Sequence record: SRR31156797_535
Reading direction: 5' to 3' (one strand)
DNA length: 64,000 bases
The first letter of the stretch is position 1. Each line of letters opens with the position of its first letter. The translations under genes and the position numbers were made by a program. Of the stretch, positions 37,709 to 47,432 are shown in pieces. A model generated the notes under the pieces. That model did no database searches. It was not told the origin of the DNA and was given only the letters and a program-made list of their open reading frames with translations.

Positions 37709-39613
37709 ATGACTTTCGATGGAAAATTCACTAAAGAAGATAAGCTTGAGCTCGAAAAGCTCGCTGCTGCGTGCAGAGGAGACATTCTCAAATGTACGTC
37801 TCTTGCGGCAAGCGGACACCCTGGCGGTTCTATGTCTACAGTAGACATGCTCCTCACAGTGTACAAATTCGCTAACATAAGCCCTGAGAACTGGGGCGAA
37901 CCAACAAGAGACAGAATATATGTATCACACGGGCACGTATCACCTGCTGTTTACTCAACACTCGGTCGTAACGGCTTCTTCGATGTGGATAAAGCTATAG
38001 GTGAGTTCAGACTCGCTGGAAGTATCTACGAAGGTCATATTGAGCGTATGGTAAATGGTGTCGAATGGACAACAGGTAACCTCGGGCAGGGTCTCTCTGC
38101 TGCATGCGGTTCTGCTATCGCAGGTAAAATCAGAGACGAGGAATTCGACGTCTACTGCTTCATGGGCGACGGAGAATCACAAAAAGGTCAGCAGGCTGAG
38201 GCGAGAAGATTCGCTGCACAGCACGACCTCACAAACCTCACAGCTTTCATCGACTACAACAAGCTTCAGATATCAGGCGATATCGAAGAAGTTATGTACC
38301 AGAATATAAAAGACGACTACACAGCGGACGGATGGCACGTTATATGTGTTGACGGTCACGATTTTGAAAAGCTCCACGGAGCTGTCACATACGCTAAAAC
38401 AGTTGACCAGCCGGTACTTATCCTCGCTGAAACTATCATGGGTAAAGGCGTATCCTTCATGGAAAACATCCACGGATATCACGGCAAACCACTTACAGAA
38501 GACCAGCTCGCTGAGGCACTTAAAGAGCTCGGACTAGAGAACGACTTTGATAAGTATAAGCAGATCAGAGCTGACTTTGTTTACGACCCATCACACCACG
38601 AGCTTAGCTCACCGGAAGTAACTGTAAAATATGACGCTAAAGAGTACGGACTCGATGTTAAAACTGACTGCCGTTCCGCTTTTGGCGACGCTATATACGA
38701 ACTTGTTAAAAACTCACAGGAAGACGGCATGACCCCTTTCGCTGTTTTCGACTGTGACCTCGCCGGCTCTGTTAAAACTGATAAGGTAGAGAAGGATTTC
38801 CCTGCTAATTTCATCCAGTCTGGTATTCAGGAACACCACACAACAACTGCGGCTGGTGCGGCAAGCTGTAACGGCGTTGTTGCTTTCTTCGCTGACTTCG
38901 GCGTTTTCGGTGTAGACGAAGTTTATAACCAGCAGAGACTTAACGACCTAAACGGTGCAGGGATCAAAACTGTGACAACTCACGTCGGTATCGATGTTGG
39001 TGAAGACGGAAAAACTCACCAGTGCCTCGACTATGTAGGCGCGATGAGAAACATCTTCGGCTACAGAGTTATCGTTCCTGCCGACCCTAACCAAACCTAT
39101 AAGGCTGTATGCTATGCGGCTGAAAACCCTGGTAACTACCTTGTTGCTATGGGACGTTCTAAACTCGACACTATCGCCGACATATCAGGCTCAAAACCTG
39201 CTTTCGGTAATGACTATACATTCGAATACGGTAAGGTTGACCAGCTCACTGAGGGTGACTTTGTCATAGCGACATACGGAACCATGACAAACAGAGCTCT
39301 CAAAGTTGCTGAGCTTCTCAAAGAGGCTGGACTTAACGCAGCGGTACTTAACTGCTCCGCTCCGCTCCACCCTGATATGGACGCTTTCGAAGGGCTGACT
39401 GATAAGCCTGTATTCGTTTACGAAGACCACAACGAATTCACTGGTCTCGCAGCAACTCTCGCTAATAAATTTGCTGACGAGGGAACCGGTACAAAAATAG
39501 TTAGATTCGGTGCAAGAGGTTACGCTTATTCAGGAAAACCTGATGCGATCTTTAAGATGATGGGACTCGACCCTGAATCTGTTGCTGAAGCTATCAAGTG
39601 TGAACTTGCATGA
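37709..39613 (+). CDS. tkt: Transketolase
   Basis: SGHPGGSMS, SHGH, TGNLGQGLS, GDGE..G, and GEDGKTHQ. Confidence 0.93.
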   Translation: MTFDGKFTKEDKLELEKLAAACRGDILKCTSLAASGHPGGSMSTVDMLLTVYKFANISPENWGEPTRDRIYVSHGHVSPAVYSTLGRNGFFDVDKAIGEFRLAGSIYEGHIERMVNGVEWTTGNLGQGLSAACGSAIAGKIRDEEFDVYCFMGDGESQKGQQAEARRFAAQHDLTNLTAFIDYNKLQISGDIEEVMYQNIKDDYTADGWHVICVDGHDFEKLHGAVTYAKTVDQPVLILAETIMGKGVSFMENIHGYHGKPLTEDQLAEALKELGLENDFDKYKQIRADFVYDPSHHELSSPEVTVKYDAKEYGLDVKTDCRSAFGDAIYELVKNSQEDGMTPFAVFDCDLAGSVKTDKVEKDFPANFIQSGIQEHHTTTAAGAASCNGVVAFFADFGVFGVDEVYNQQRLNDLNGAGIKTVTTHVGIDVGEDGKTHQCLDYVGAMRNIFGYRVIVPADPNQTYKAVCYAAENPGNYLVAMGRSKLDTIADISGSKPAFGNDYTFEYGKVDQLTEGDFVIATYGTMTNRALKVAELLKEAGLNAAVLNCSAPLHPDMDAFEGLTDKPVFVYEDHNEFTGLAATLANKFADEGTGTKIVRFGARGYAYSGKPDAIFKMMGLDPESVAEAIKCELA

Positions 39614-40290
39614 TTGTACACGGTAGAAATACGGTTGAAGAGGCTCTTAAGCTCGGGCTTGTAAAGCTGCTCTTCGTTAAGGTGAACTCAACTTTTGATG
39701 CTTCTAAGTATGATGTCGAAACCCGCTCCTACGGACCGAAAGAGTTCGAACATTACTACGGTAAAGAAGCGCAGGGTGTAGCCGCTGAAATAAGAGACAT
39801 ACTTCCGAAGAAGTTCGACAAAGCTTTTGACGAGATAATAGAGAACGGCTCTGTTGTTCTGCTTGATAGAATTTTTGACCCGATGAACTACGGTGCTATC
39901 ATCAGAGCGGCTAACTGCTTCGGTGTTAAGACTGTTCTTGTTGGATTTGATAAGCAGTCACCAATCACAGCGGCTGTTTGCAAAGCTTCCAGCGGAACAC
40001 TTTTCCACACAACAGTCATAGGCGCAGTTAACACAGCAACCGCCCTGAAAAAGCTTCAGGAAAATGGCTACCAAGCTTATGCCACTGATGTTAACGGTAA
40101 AGTTGAGCTGAAAGATGCCGATTTTAATAAGGAGAAATCCATTATTATTATGGGTTCAGAGGGTAAGGGTATACGCCCGGCTCTCCTTGAAACTGCCGAT
40201 GTACACGTGAAGATACCTATGAGCGGAGACATCGACTCGCTCAACGTTTCGCAAAGTGCAGCGGTAATATTATATGAGTACTCAAAATAG
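39610..40290 (+). CDS. rlmB: SpoU/TrmH 23S rRNA methyltransferase (RlmB-like)
   Basis: DPMNYGAIIR, MGSEGKG and IPMSGDIDSLNVS. Confidence 0.8.
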   Translation: MIVHGRNTVEEALKLGLVKLLFVKVNSTFDASKYDVETRSYGPKEFEHYYGKEAQGVAAEIRDILPKKFDKAFDEIIENGSVVLLDRIFDPMNYGAIIRAANCFGVKTVLVGFDKQSPITAAVCKASSGTLFHTTVIGAVNTATALKKLQENGYQAYATDVNGKVELKDADFNKEKSIIIMGSEGKGIRPALLETADVHVKIPMSGDIDSLNVSQSAAVILYEYSK

Positions 40291-40318
40291 GTAAGTGTCA
40301 CATTAATTAATTTAATTA

Positions 40319-40347
40319 TTGACATAACTACTCCTATTTTATATTTT
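40319..40347 (+). promoter_or_regulatory. sigma70 promoter for rlmH-dksA
   Basis: TTGACA-17bp-TATTTT. Confidence 0.55.
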
Positions 40348-40360
40348 ACGAGCAACTCAA

Positions 40361-40771
40361 ATGCTGTTAAGAATTATGATGGGTTCAAAATTAAAGGAAC
40401 CTGAGATAAAAAACCTTACCGACAGATACGTTAAGATGTCGTCTGGGTTCATGGCGGTGGAAGTGATAGAAGACACTGGCAAGAAACGGAAGGACATAAG
40501 TAAGGGGCTGCTGGTTGGGATGGATCCGAAAGGTAAAAAGTTCACCAGTGAGCAGTTTGCCGAGTGGATAAGCAAGAGAGTTGAAACATATGGTGATATC
40601 ACATTCTATATAGGCGAAGCGGAAGGGCTGCCTGAAGATGTGAAAGTAGAAGCGAAGGAATTTATTTCGCTTTCAGACATGGTTATGGCACATAGAATCA
40701 GCCTGGTTGTACTGGCTGAACAGATATACAGGGCATTGACTATCATAAACGGTCACCCCTATCACAAGTGA
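40361..40771 (+). CDS. rlmH: 23S rRNA pseudouridine-1915 methyltransferase
   Basis: FYIGEAEG, SLSDM..AH, and EQIYRALTIINGHPYHK. Confidence 0.92.
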   Translation: MLLRIMMGSKLKEPEIKNLTDRYVKMSSGFMAVEVIEDTGKKRKDISKGLLVGMDPKGKKFTSEQFAEWISKRVETYGDITFYIGEAEGLPEDVKVEAKEFISLSDMVMAHRISLVVLAEQIYRALTIINGHPYHK

Positions 40772-40800
40772 GCGCAAAGCGGCTCAACAAGGAGGGTGGT

Positions 40801-41163
40801 ATGGACAAAGAGAAACTTCACTACCACAGGGAAAAACTTCTGGAGATGAGAAGAACACTCATCACTAAGCTGAACGAAAAATATAACGAAGCTATGGGGC
40901 TCGGTGCTGACGGTTCACAGGACAGCGCTGATGAGGCTTATAACCTCTACAACAAAAACCTGATGCTCGGGCGTGTTGAGACGGATGCTCTTAAGCTTAG
41001 ACTTATTGAGCAGGCGCTTCAGCGTATTGACGCAGGCTCCTACGGAGTTTGTATCGAGTGCGAAGAGGACATTGAGGACAAGCGTCTTGAATATGTTCCG
41101 TTCGCTAGATACTGCACTGACTGCAAATCTGAGCTTGAAAAGAAAGGTCTTGTAAAGATGTAA
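40801..41163 (+). CDS. dksA: DksA-like RNA polymerase-binding factor
   Basis: QDSADEA (DxxDxA) tip and GSYGVCIEC...YCTDC; GGAGG RBS before ATG 40801. Confidence 0.85.
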   Translation: MDKEKLHYHREKLLEMRRTLITKLNEKYNEAMGLGADGSQDSADEAYNLYNKNLMLGRVETDALKLRLIEQALQRIDAGSYGVCIECEEDIEDKRLEYVPFARYCTDCKSELEKKGLVKM

Positions 41164-41168
41164 TAAAT

Positions 41169-41198
41169 AAGTCGGCACGTTTGTTGTCGGCTTTTTTT
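41169..41198 (+). terminator. Intrinsic terminator after dksA
   Basis: AAGTCGGCA-cgtttgt-TGTCGGCTT followed by a T run. Confidence 0.65.
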
Positions 41199-41277
41199 AT
41201 ATCCTGCCTAGTTATACTTGCCTAAAATTCTGCCAGTGACTAATATAACTCTTATCTTATAAATAAGAGGTAATCAC

Positions 41278-42792
41278 ATGTCTAAAAAATTAATACTTCT
41301 CATCCTCGACGGCTGGGGACTCAGAGAAGATACCGATAATAACGCCATCGCTATGAGCGGTGCTCCTAATTTCAATAAACTTATGTCTGAATGCACCAAT
41401 ACACAGCTATCCGCCAGCGAAGAGCTTGTAGGACTTCCGAAAGGGCAAATGGGCAACTCCGAGGTTGGTCACACAAACATAGGCGCAGGACGCATCGTCT
41501 ATCAGGACTTTCTTAAAATCACCAAAGCTATCGAAACAGGCGACATAGAAAATAACGCAAACGTTAACGCCTTCCTAGATAAGATAAAAGCTGATAATGG
41601 AGACCTGCACTTCTTCGGACTTCTCTCAGATGGCGGGGTACACAGCCACATCAAACATCTGAAAGGTCTCATAGCTTACGCTAAAAAATATGGAATAAAT
41701 AATACATATATACACGCTTTCATGGACGGACGAGACACACCACCGTCAAGCGGTAAAGGATACATGGAAGAGCTTGTAGCTTTTATGGGTGAGATCGGCT
41801 ACGGCGAGGTTGCCACAGTTGCCGGACGTTTCTATCCTATGGACAGAGACCAGAGATGGGAGCGCACCGAGGCTGGTTACAACGCTGTAAGAAACGGTAA
41901 GGGGCTCTTAAGTAAGTCTGCTATAAACGCTGTACAGGAAGGGTACGACAGAGGCGAGACAGATGAATTTATCAAGCCTACCGTAATTGAAGGTGTTAAC
42001 GGTAACGTTAAAGATAAGGATGGAATATTCTTCTTCAACTTCCGTGCTGACCGAGCAAGACAGATAACACGCGCATTTATCATGGACGACTTTAACGGAT
42101 TCGACAGAGGCGCAAAGCCTGATGTTCATTTCCTCACTATGACTTTCTATGATTCATCATTCACTTCGTCCATAGCTTTCGCTCCGCAGGTATTAAAGAA
42201 TATTCTCGGTGAAGTGATAAGCAAAAACGGACTTAAACAGCTTAGAATTGCTGAAACAGAAAAATACGCTCACGTGACATATTTCTTCAACGGCGGTGAG
42301 GAGAAGGTTTTTGATGGTGAAGAGAGAGCCCTCATAGAATCACCAAAAGAGGTCGCAACATACGATGAAAAACCGTCAATGAGCATATATAAAGTTACAG
42401 AGAGATTCAGAGAGGAGATCGGCAAGGTCGATGTTGCTATCATGAATTTCGCTAATCCGGATATGGTCGGTCACACTGGTATAGTCGAGGCCGCTGTTGA
42501 GGCTTGCAAAGCTGTTGACGAGTGCCTAGGCGAAGTTGTTAAGATTGCTGATGAGCAGAATGCAACACTATGCATAACAGCTGACCACGGCAATGCTGAA
42601 CAGCTCTGGGATTATACCACTAACCAACCGCATACAGCGCACACGCTCAACCCTGTGCCGTTTATAATTTATAACTCAGACCGCAAGCTTAAGGCTGAAT
42701 CTGGTAAATTAGCCGATATAGCACCGACAATGCTTGAGCTTCTCGGTATCGACCAGCCGGAAGAGATGACAGGGACAAGCTTGCTTAAGTAA
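41278..42792 (+). CDS. gpmI: 2,3-BPG-independent phosphoglycerate mutase
   Basis: ILDGWG, GQMGNSEVGH, SDGGVHSH, AETEKYAHVT and NPDMVGH. Confidence 0.96.
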   Translation: MSKKLILLILDGWGLREDTDNNAIAMSGAPNFNKLMSECTNTQLSASEELVGLPKGQMGNSEVGHTNIGAGRIVYQDFLKITKAIETGDIENNANVNAFLDKIKADNGDLHFFGLLSDGGVHSHIKHLKGLIAYAKKYGINNTYIHAFMDGRDTPPSSGKGYMEELVAFMGEIGYGEVATVAGRFYPMDRDQRWERTEAGYNAVRNGKGLLSKSAINAVQEGYDRGETDEFIKPTVIEGVNGNVKDKDGIFFFNFRADRARQITRAFIMDDFNGFDRGAKPDVHFLTMTFYDSSFTSSIAFAPQVLKNILGEVISKNGLKQLRIAETEKYAHVTYFFNGGEEKVFDGEERALIESPKEVATYDEKPSMSIYKVTERFREEIGKVDVAIMNFANPDMVGHTGIVEAAVEACKAVDECLGEVVKIADEQNATLCITADHGNAEQLWDYTTNQPHTAHTLNPVPFIIYNSDRKLKAESGKLADIAPTMLELLGIDQPEEMTGTSLLK

Positions 42793-42793
42793 T

Positions 42794-43453
42794 ATGCTTA
42801 ATGAAATTTTCTATACTAACTGCATCGACTGTGGGTTCGAATCTGAGAACCGTCTCCCTATATGCGACGACTGTATAGAGAAGATTGAAAAGCACCCTTA
42901 CGAATGCGAAAGCTGCGGCTATCCATCAAGCACCCCGGCTAAAATTTGCGGTAACTGTAGAAGTGCCGCCTATAGAGACAGGGTAAAAATTACATATAAA
43001 TATCAAGGCGTAATCCGTCAGTTAATTAAACAGGTCAAGTTTGGCTATAGGATCTCTGGTTTGAGCATACTTGAAAAGCTTGTCAATACTGATGAATTTA
43101 TTGATTATGACATCATAACCGATGTACCTTCTCACTACTCCAGAAAGGTTAGGCGACTAACTCATCCAGCTGCAAATATAGCTAGACATATTGCTGTAAC
43201 TACTGATACAAAATACATAAAAGTAATGAGACGTGTAAAGCGTACTGAGTACCAATATAAGCTCCGTAGTCACATGAGGCGAAGAAATGTGCATAACGCA
43301 TTCATCTGCACAGGTGATGTAAAAGACATGAGGGTGCTTATCGTAGATGATATTATTACAACAGGGTCAACGACAGAGGAATGTGCGAAAGTTTTAAAAA
43401 AAGCCGGAGCATCTGTTGTTGATATATTTGCACTGACAGGCGGCAGGTCTTAA
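42794..43453 (+). CDS. comF: ComF family (zinc ribbon plus PRTase)
   Basis: Four CxxC pairs followed by VLIVDDIITTGST. Confidence 0.88.
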   Translation: MLNEIFYTNCIDCGFESENRLPICDDCIEKIEKHPYECESCGYPSSTPAKICGNCRSAAYRDRVKITYKYQGVIRQLIKQVKFGYRISGLSILEKLVNTDEFIDYDIITDVPSHYSRKVRRLTHPAANIARHIAVTTDTKYIKVMRRVKRTEYQYKLRSHMRRRNVHNAFICTGDVKDMRVLIVDDIITTGSTTEECAKVLKKAGASVVDIFALTGGRS

Positions 43454-43481
43454 GTGTATAATATGATTTGAGGCGCATATT

Positions 43482-44690
43482 ATGGACAATGCTATAGAAA
43501 AGATTGCACCGTTTTTTAACGACTGCAACTTCCCCGTTTATGTTTTTCTACCTGCAAGTGGGGAATTTTACCAGCTTCTTTCTGATAAGCCGGAACCTAA
43601 GCCCGTTCCAGCTAATATGAAAGAGCAGCTTAATGACGATTCCATTTATTATCAATCTTTCAAAAAGGGCGATACATATATGTATTTCTACTTCCTCCGT
43701 TTAGAGGTTAGTGGGGATAAATTTGTCGTTATGCTCAACTCTGACAAGGAGCGCAAAAACCTTCAGAGTTCTGTCGCATCTATGCACGACTATATCCATG
43801 AGATGCGTGATAAAATCGAAGCGGAGCTAGAAGAGGCGGATGAGTCTGTACAGGTTCTCAGGAAATCCCGCCAGAAGATGCTTAAACTTCTTGATGGCCT
43901 TGTGATGCCTCTTTTCAGTATCACACCTGAGTACGATATTTTAAACGTTAATAAGGAGCTTGCTGAGCTTCTTAATATTTCACATATACCTTCTATACTT
44001 GGTAAAAAATGCTATGAAGCGATACACGGGCGAACCGGACCTTGCGACTTTTGCCGTATGGCAGAGATTATGAACGGTGAGGAGACCACAGGTCAGATTA
44101 TAGAGCTGGATTTCGCTGATGAACACTACTTTTTCGAGCATCATATGTTCCCTATCTACGCCCAGACAGGAGAGATGGACGAAATAGGTGAGTTTATGAT
44201 CGATGTCTCTGAGAATTATAAAAATCTTGAGCACATCGAAAAGTATAAAGAGAAAGTTAAGAGCATACAGAAGGCGGAAGTAGATAAGATGAACGAAATA
44301 GGCGAGCTTAAAAGAGCCTATAAAGACCTCAGCCGTAACTACGACGACATGTACGCCAAAAACAAGAAGATGAGCAAAGCTCTCGAAAGACTGATGGCTG
44401 ACAATAATGTTAACGAACTTGTAAAGCTCAGACAGGAATCGAGAGATGTAAGGAATAAACTCGTGCGTTCAGCAACCGCTCTTAAAAACTTTCAAAGTGC
44501 TCTTGAGATGCAACAAGAAAAGTATGTTGAGCTTAGTAAAAAAACTATCTATCAACTAGAAAGATTAATTAACACAGTAAATAACAAAAGTATGATCACA
44601 GATCAGGATGTCAAAATTCTTCTTAAAACTATCACTGAAGATGTTAGGGAGCTAAGGATTCACCTTAAGGTCACGCCTCCCCCTCAATAA
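43482..44690 (+). CDS. PAS-domain/coiled-coil protein with no recognisable output domain
   Basis: PAS segment with GKKCYEAIHGRTGPCDFC followed by long heptad-rich helices. Confidence 0.7.
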   Translation: MDNAIEKIAPFFNDCNFPVYVFLPASGEFYQLLSDKPEPKPVPANMKEQLNDDSIYYQSFKKGDTYMYFYFLRLEVSGDKFVVMLNSDKERKNLQSSVASMHDYIHEMRDKIEAELEEADESVQVLRKSRQKMLKLLDGLVMPLFSITPEYDILNVNKELAELLNISHIPSILGKKCYEAIHGRTGPCDFCRMAEIMNGEETTGQIIELDFADEHYFFEHHMFPIYAQTGEMDEIGEFMIDVSENYKNLEHIEKYKEKVKSIQKAEVDKMNEIGELKRAYKDLSRNYDDMYAKNKKMSKALERLMADNNVNELVKLRQESRDVRNKLVRSATALKNFQSALEMQQEKYVELSKKTIYQLERLINTVNNKSMITDQDVKILLKTITEDVRELRIHLKVTPPPQ

Positions 44691-44775
44691 TCCACAAAGA
44701 ATTAATAGAAACCTGACCTAATTACAGCTATAATTACAAAGCTGAATATACCAATAAAATTCCAGGAGGAATATA

Positions 44776-45774
44776 ATGTCTGTAAAAGTTGGAATCAATG
44801 GTTTCGGGCGTATCGGACGCTGTACTTTTCGTTCTATCATCCAGCGTGGTCTGGACGTGGATGTAGTCGGTATAAATGACCTCACCGACACTAAAACACT
44901 CGCACATCTTTTAAAATATGACTCCGTTCACGGCATAGCACCTTTCGATGTAGAGGCTGCCGATGACGGAATTATCGTAAATGGCAAAAAAATCAAGATA
45001 ACAGCAGAGCGCACCCCGGCAGACCTCCCTTGGGGCGAGCTTGGTGCTGAGGTAGTTGTGGAATCCACAGGAATCTTCCGCAAGCATGAGCAGGCTATGC
45101 TCCACGTTGAAGCTGGCGCAAAAAAAGTTATCATCTCCGCCCCTGGCGAAAACTCTGACATAACACTCGTACTCGGCGTTAACGACGGCGATTACGATAA
45201 AGATAAGCACCATATTATCTCCAACGCTTCCTGCACAACAAACTGTCTCGCTCCTGTTGCTAAGGTGCTTAACGACACTTTCGGTATTGAGCAGGGAATA
45301 ATGACAACTGTTCACTCCTATACAAATGACCAGTCGATACTCGACCTTCCACATAAAGACCTGCGCCGTGCGAGAGCTTGCGCAATGAGCATGATCCCTA
45401 CATCTACTGGAGCTGCTAAGGCTGTCGGTCTTGTCCTCCCTGAGATGAAAGGTAAGCTTAACGGATACGCTGTCCGTGTCCCTACCCCTAATGTTTCTCT
45501 GGTTGACCTCACTGTAAACCTTAAGAAAGAAGCTACAAAGGAAGAGATAAACGCAGCTATCAAAGCAGCGGCAGACGGTCCGATGAATGGATACCTTGTC
45601 TATACAGAAGACCCTGTTGTGTCTATTGACCTGAACGGTTCTCCGGCATCATCAACATTTGACTCTGATCTCACACAAGTTATTGACGGCAAAATGGTTA
45701 AGGTTGTCAGCTGGTACGACAACGAATGGGGCTACTCAAACAGAGTGGCAGAATTAATTACAAAGGTGCTCTAA
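44776..45774 (+). CDS. gap: Glyceraldehyde-3-phosphate dehydrogenase
   Basis: [19 protein letters not shown] and WYDNEWGYS. Confidence 0.97.
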   Translation: MSVKVGINGFGRIGRCTFRSIIQRGLDVDVVGINDLTDTKTLAHLLKYDSVHGIAPFDVEAADDGIIVNGKKIKITAERTPADLPWGELGAEVVVESTGIFRKHEQAMLHVEAGAKKVIISAPGENSDITLVLGVNDGDYDKDKHHIISNASCTTNCLAPVAKVLNDTFGIEQGIMTTVHSYTNDQSILDLPHKDLRRARACAMSMIPTSTGAAKAVGLVLPEMKGKLNGYAVRVPTPNVSLVDLTVNLKKEATKEEINAAIKAAADGPMNGYLVYTEDPVVSIDLNGSPASSTFDSDLTQVIDGKMVKVVSWYDNEWGYSNRVAELITKVL

Positions 45775-45777
45775 GAA

Positions 45778-46944
45778 ATGGCTAAAAGTATCAAAGAACT
45801 CGACATCAAAGGCAAAAAGCTTTTCATCCGTGTGGATTTTAACGTCCCTGTAAAAGAGGGCGTGGTGAAGGATGACACCAGAATAGTGGAAGCACTGAAA
45901 ACTATAAGATACGCAAAAAACGAAGGCGCAAAAGTTATCCTCGCTTCACACCTCGGCAGACCCAAAGGTGAACGCAAGCCTGAGATGAGTCTCGAGCCTG
46001 TGGCTAAGTATATCTCAGATAAATTCTTTCCATGTGCGTTTGCAACAGACTGTGTTGGCGATGCGGCAAAAGAGGCTATTGATGCTCTCGGTGAAGGCGA
46101 TGTTGTTCTCCTTGAAAACCTCCGCTACCACAAGGGCGAAGAGAAAAACTTCCCTGAATTCGCTGCTGAGCTTGCTAATATGGCAGATGTATATGTTAAC
46201 GACGCATTCGGAACATGCCACAGAAAACACGCATCGACATACGGAATGGCAGAACTAATGCCTGTTAAGGGTGCTGGTTTCCTTGTTGAGAAAGAGATTA
46301 AATACTTTGAAGGATTGCTCAAAGCTCCTGAAAGACCTTTCGGCGCTATCGTAGGCGGAGCAAAAGTCTCTGATAAGATAGGCGTTATTAAGTCTCTTAT
46401 GGATCTTGCAGACAAGATATTCATCGGCGGCGCTATGGCATACACCTTCCTCAAATTCAACGGCAAAACTATCGGAACCTCCCTTGTGGAAAACGATCAG
46501 ATGGACATTGTTAAAGATGTTTTCGAATCAGCCAAGAGAAAGAACGTACAGATATTCCTTCCGACTGACCACGTCATCTCTTCTGAATTCGGCGGTGCAC
46601 CGGTTGACTGCTCTGATATAGACATCCCTGATGGTTTCATGGGGCTGGATATCGGCGTAAAAAGTGTAGAAACATATATTGAAGAGCTTGGCAAATGCAA
46701 AACTGTCCTTTGGAACGGTCCTATGGGTGTTTTCGAAAACCCTGACTTCGCAAAAGGAACATTCGCAATCGCTGATGCTCTCGGTGCAGGAAGTGCAACT
46801 GTTGTTGTAGGCGGTGGAGATTCTGTTGCAGCTGTTAATCAGGCTGGTGTTTCAGACAGCATCGACCACATATCAACTGGCGGCGGCGCATCACTTGAAT
46901 ATATAGAGTTCGGGCAACTTCCGGGCATAGATATTCTTGGATAA
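45778..46944 (+). CDS. pgk: Phosphoglycerate kinase
   Basis: RVDFNVP, SHLGRP, WNGPMG and STGGGASLE. Confidence 0.97.
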   Translation: MAKSIKELDIKGKKLFIRVDFNVPVKEGVVKDDTRIVEALKTIRYAKNEGAKVILASHLGRPKGERKPEMSLEPVAKYISDKFFPCAFATDCVGDAAKEAIDALGEGDVVLLENLRYHKGEEKNFPEFAAELANMADVYVNDAFGTCHRKHASTYGMAELMPVKGAGFLVEKEIKYFEGLLKAPERPFGAIVGGAKVSDKIGVIKSLMDLADKIFIGGAMAYTFLKFNGKTIGTSLVENDQMDIVKDVFESAKRKNVQIFLPTDHVISSEFGGAPVDCSDIDIPDGFMGLDIGVKSVETYIEELGKCKTVLWNGPMGVFENPDFAKGTFAIADALGAGSATVVVGGGDSVAAVNQAGVSDSIDHISTGGGASLEYIEFGQLPGIDILG

Positions 46945-46966
46945 TAATGTAGCTAATTAATAATCT

Positions 46967-47002
46967 AAGCCGACACTGCCAAACGCTCTGTCGGCTTTTT
47001 TT
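46967..47002 (+). terminator. Intrinsic terminator after pgk
   Basis: AAGCCGACA...TGTCGGCTT followed by a T run. Confidence 0.7.
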
Positions 47003-47038
47003 GTACCAACTATCAATGGAATTATTTGTGGAGCACCC

Positions 47039-47425
47039 ATGATAAATAAAGTAGACGTAGTTGCGGCAGTTATCAGACAAAACGGGAAAATCCTTATAGC
47101 ACAAAGACCTGACAAATCACACCTCGGCGGTCAGTGGGAATTCCCAGGCGGTAAAATAGAGACTGGTGAAACCCAGCAAGAAGCCCTCATAAGAGAGATA
47201 AAAGAGGAGCTCACTGTAGATATTAAGCCTCTCAAGCTTTTAGGCGAGGCGGAACACACCTATCCTGAACGACATGTTCACCTCTTTTTCTACGATGCAG
47301 AGATAACCGGCGGGCAGATAGAAGCTGTTGAGCATCAGGATATAAAATGGGTCGAGCCTGTGGCTGTGCTGAATTACGATCTTGCAAAAGGGGACATTGG
47401 ATTCGTTAAAGAATTTCTGATATAA
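47039..47425 (+). CDS. MutT/NudG-like (d)NTP pyrophosphohydrolase
   Basis: VVAAVI, IAQR, and WEFPGGKIE.GET..EAL.RE.KEEL. Confidence 0.9.
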   Translation: MINKVDVVAAVIRQNGKILIAQRPDKSHLGGQWEFPGGKIETGETQQEALIREIKEELTVDIKPLKLLGEAEHTYPERHVHLFFYDAEITGGQIEAVEHQDIKWVEPVAVLNYDLAKGDIGFVKEFLI

Positions 47426-47426
47426 T
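47398..47426 (+). promoter_or_regulatory. Extended -10 promoter, leaderless geometry for the histidine kinase
   Basis: TGGATT-17bp-(TGa)TATAAT, 6 nt before ATG 47433; no SD. Confidence 0.5.
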
Positions 47427-47432
47427 GTTTTT

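Noticed and set aside
40740-40800. 3' end of rlmH as an island integration site
   Set aside because: It is followed directly by dksA, with no integrase or duplicated att sequence in the window.
44776-47002. Absence of tpiA after gap-pgk
   Set aside because: A simple gene-order difference; tpiA is probably elsewhere and no remnant is visible.
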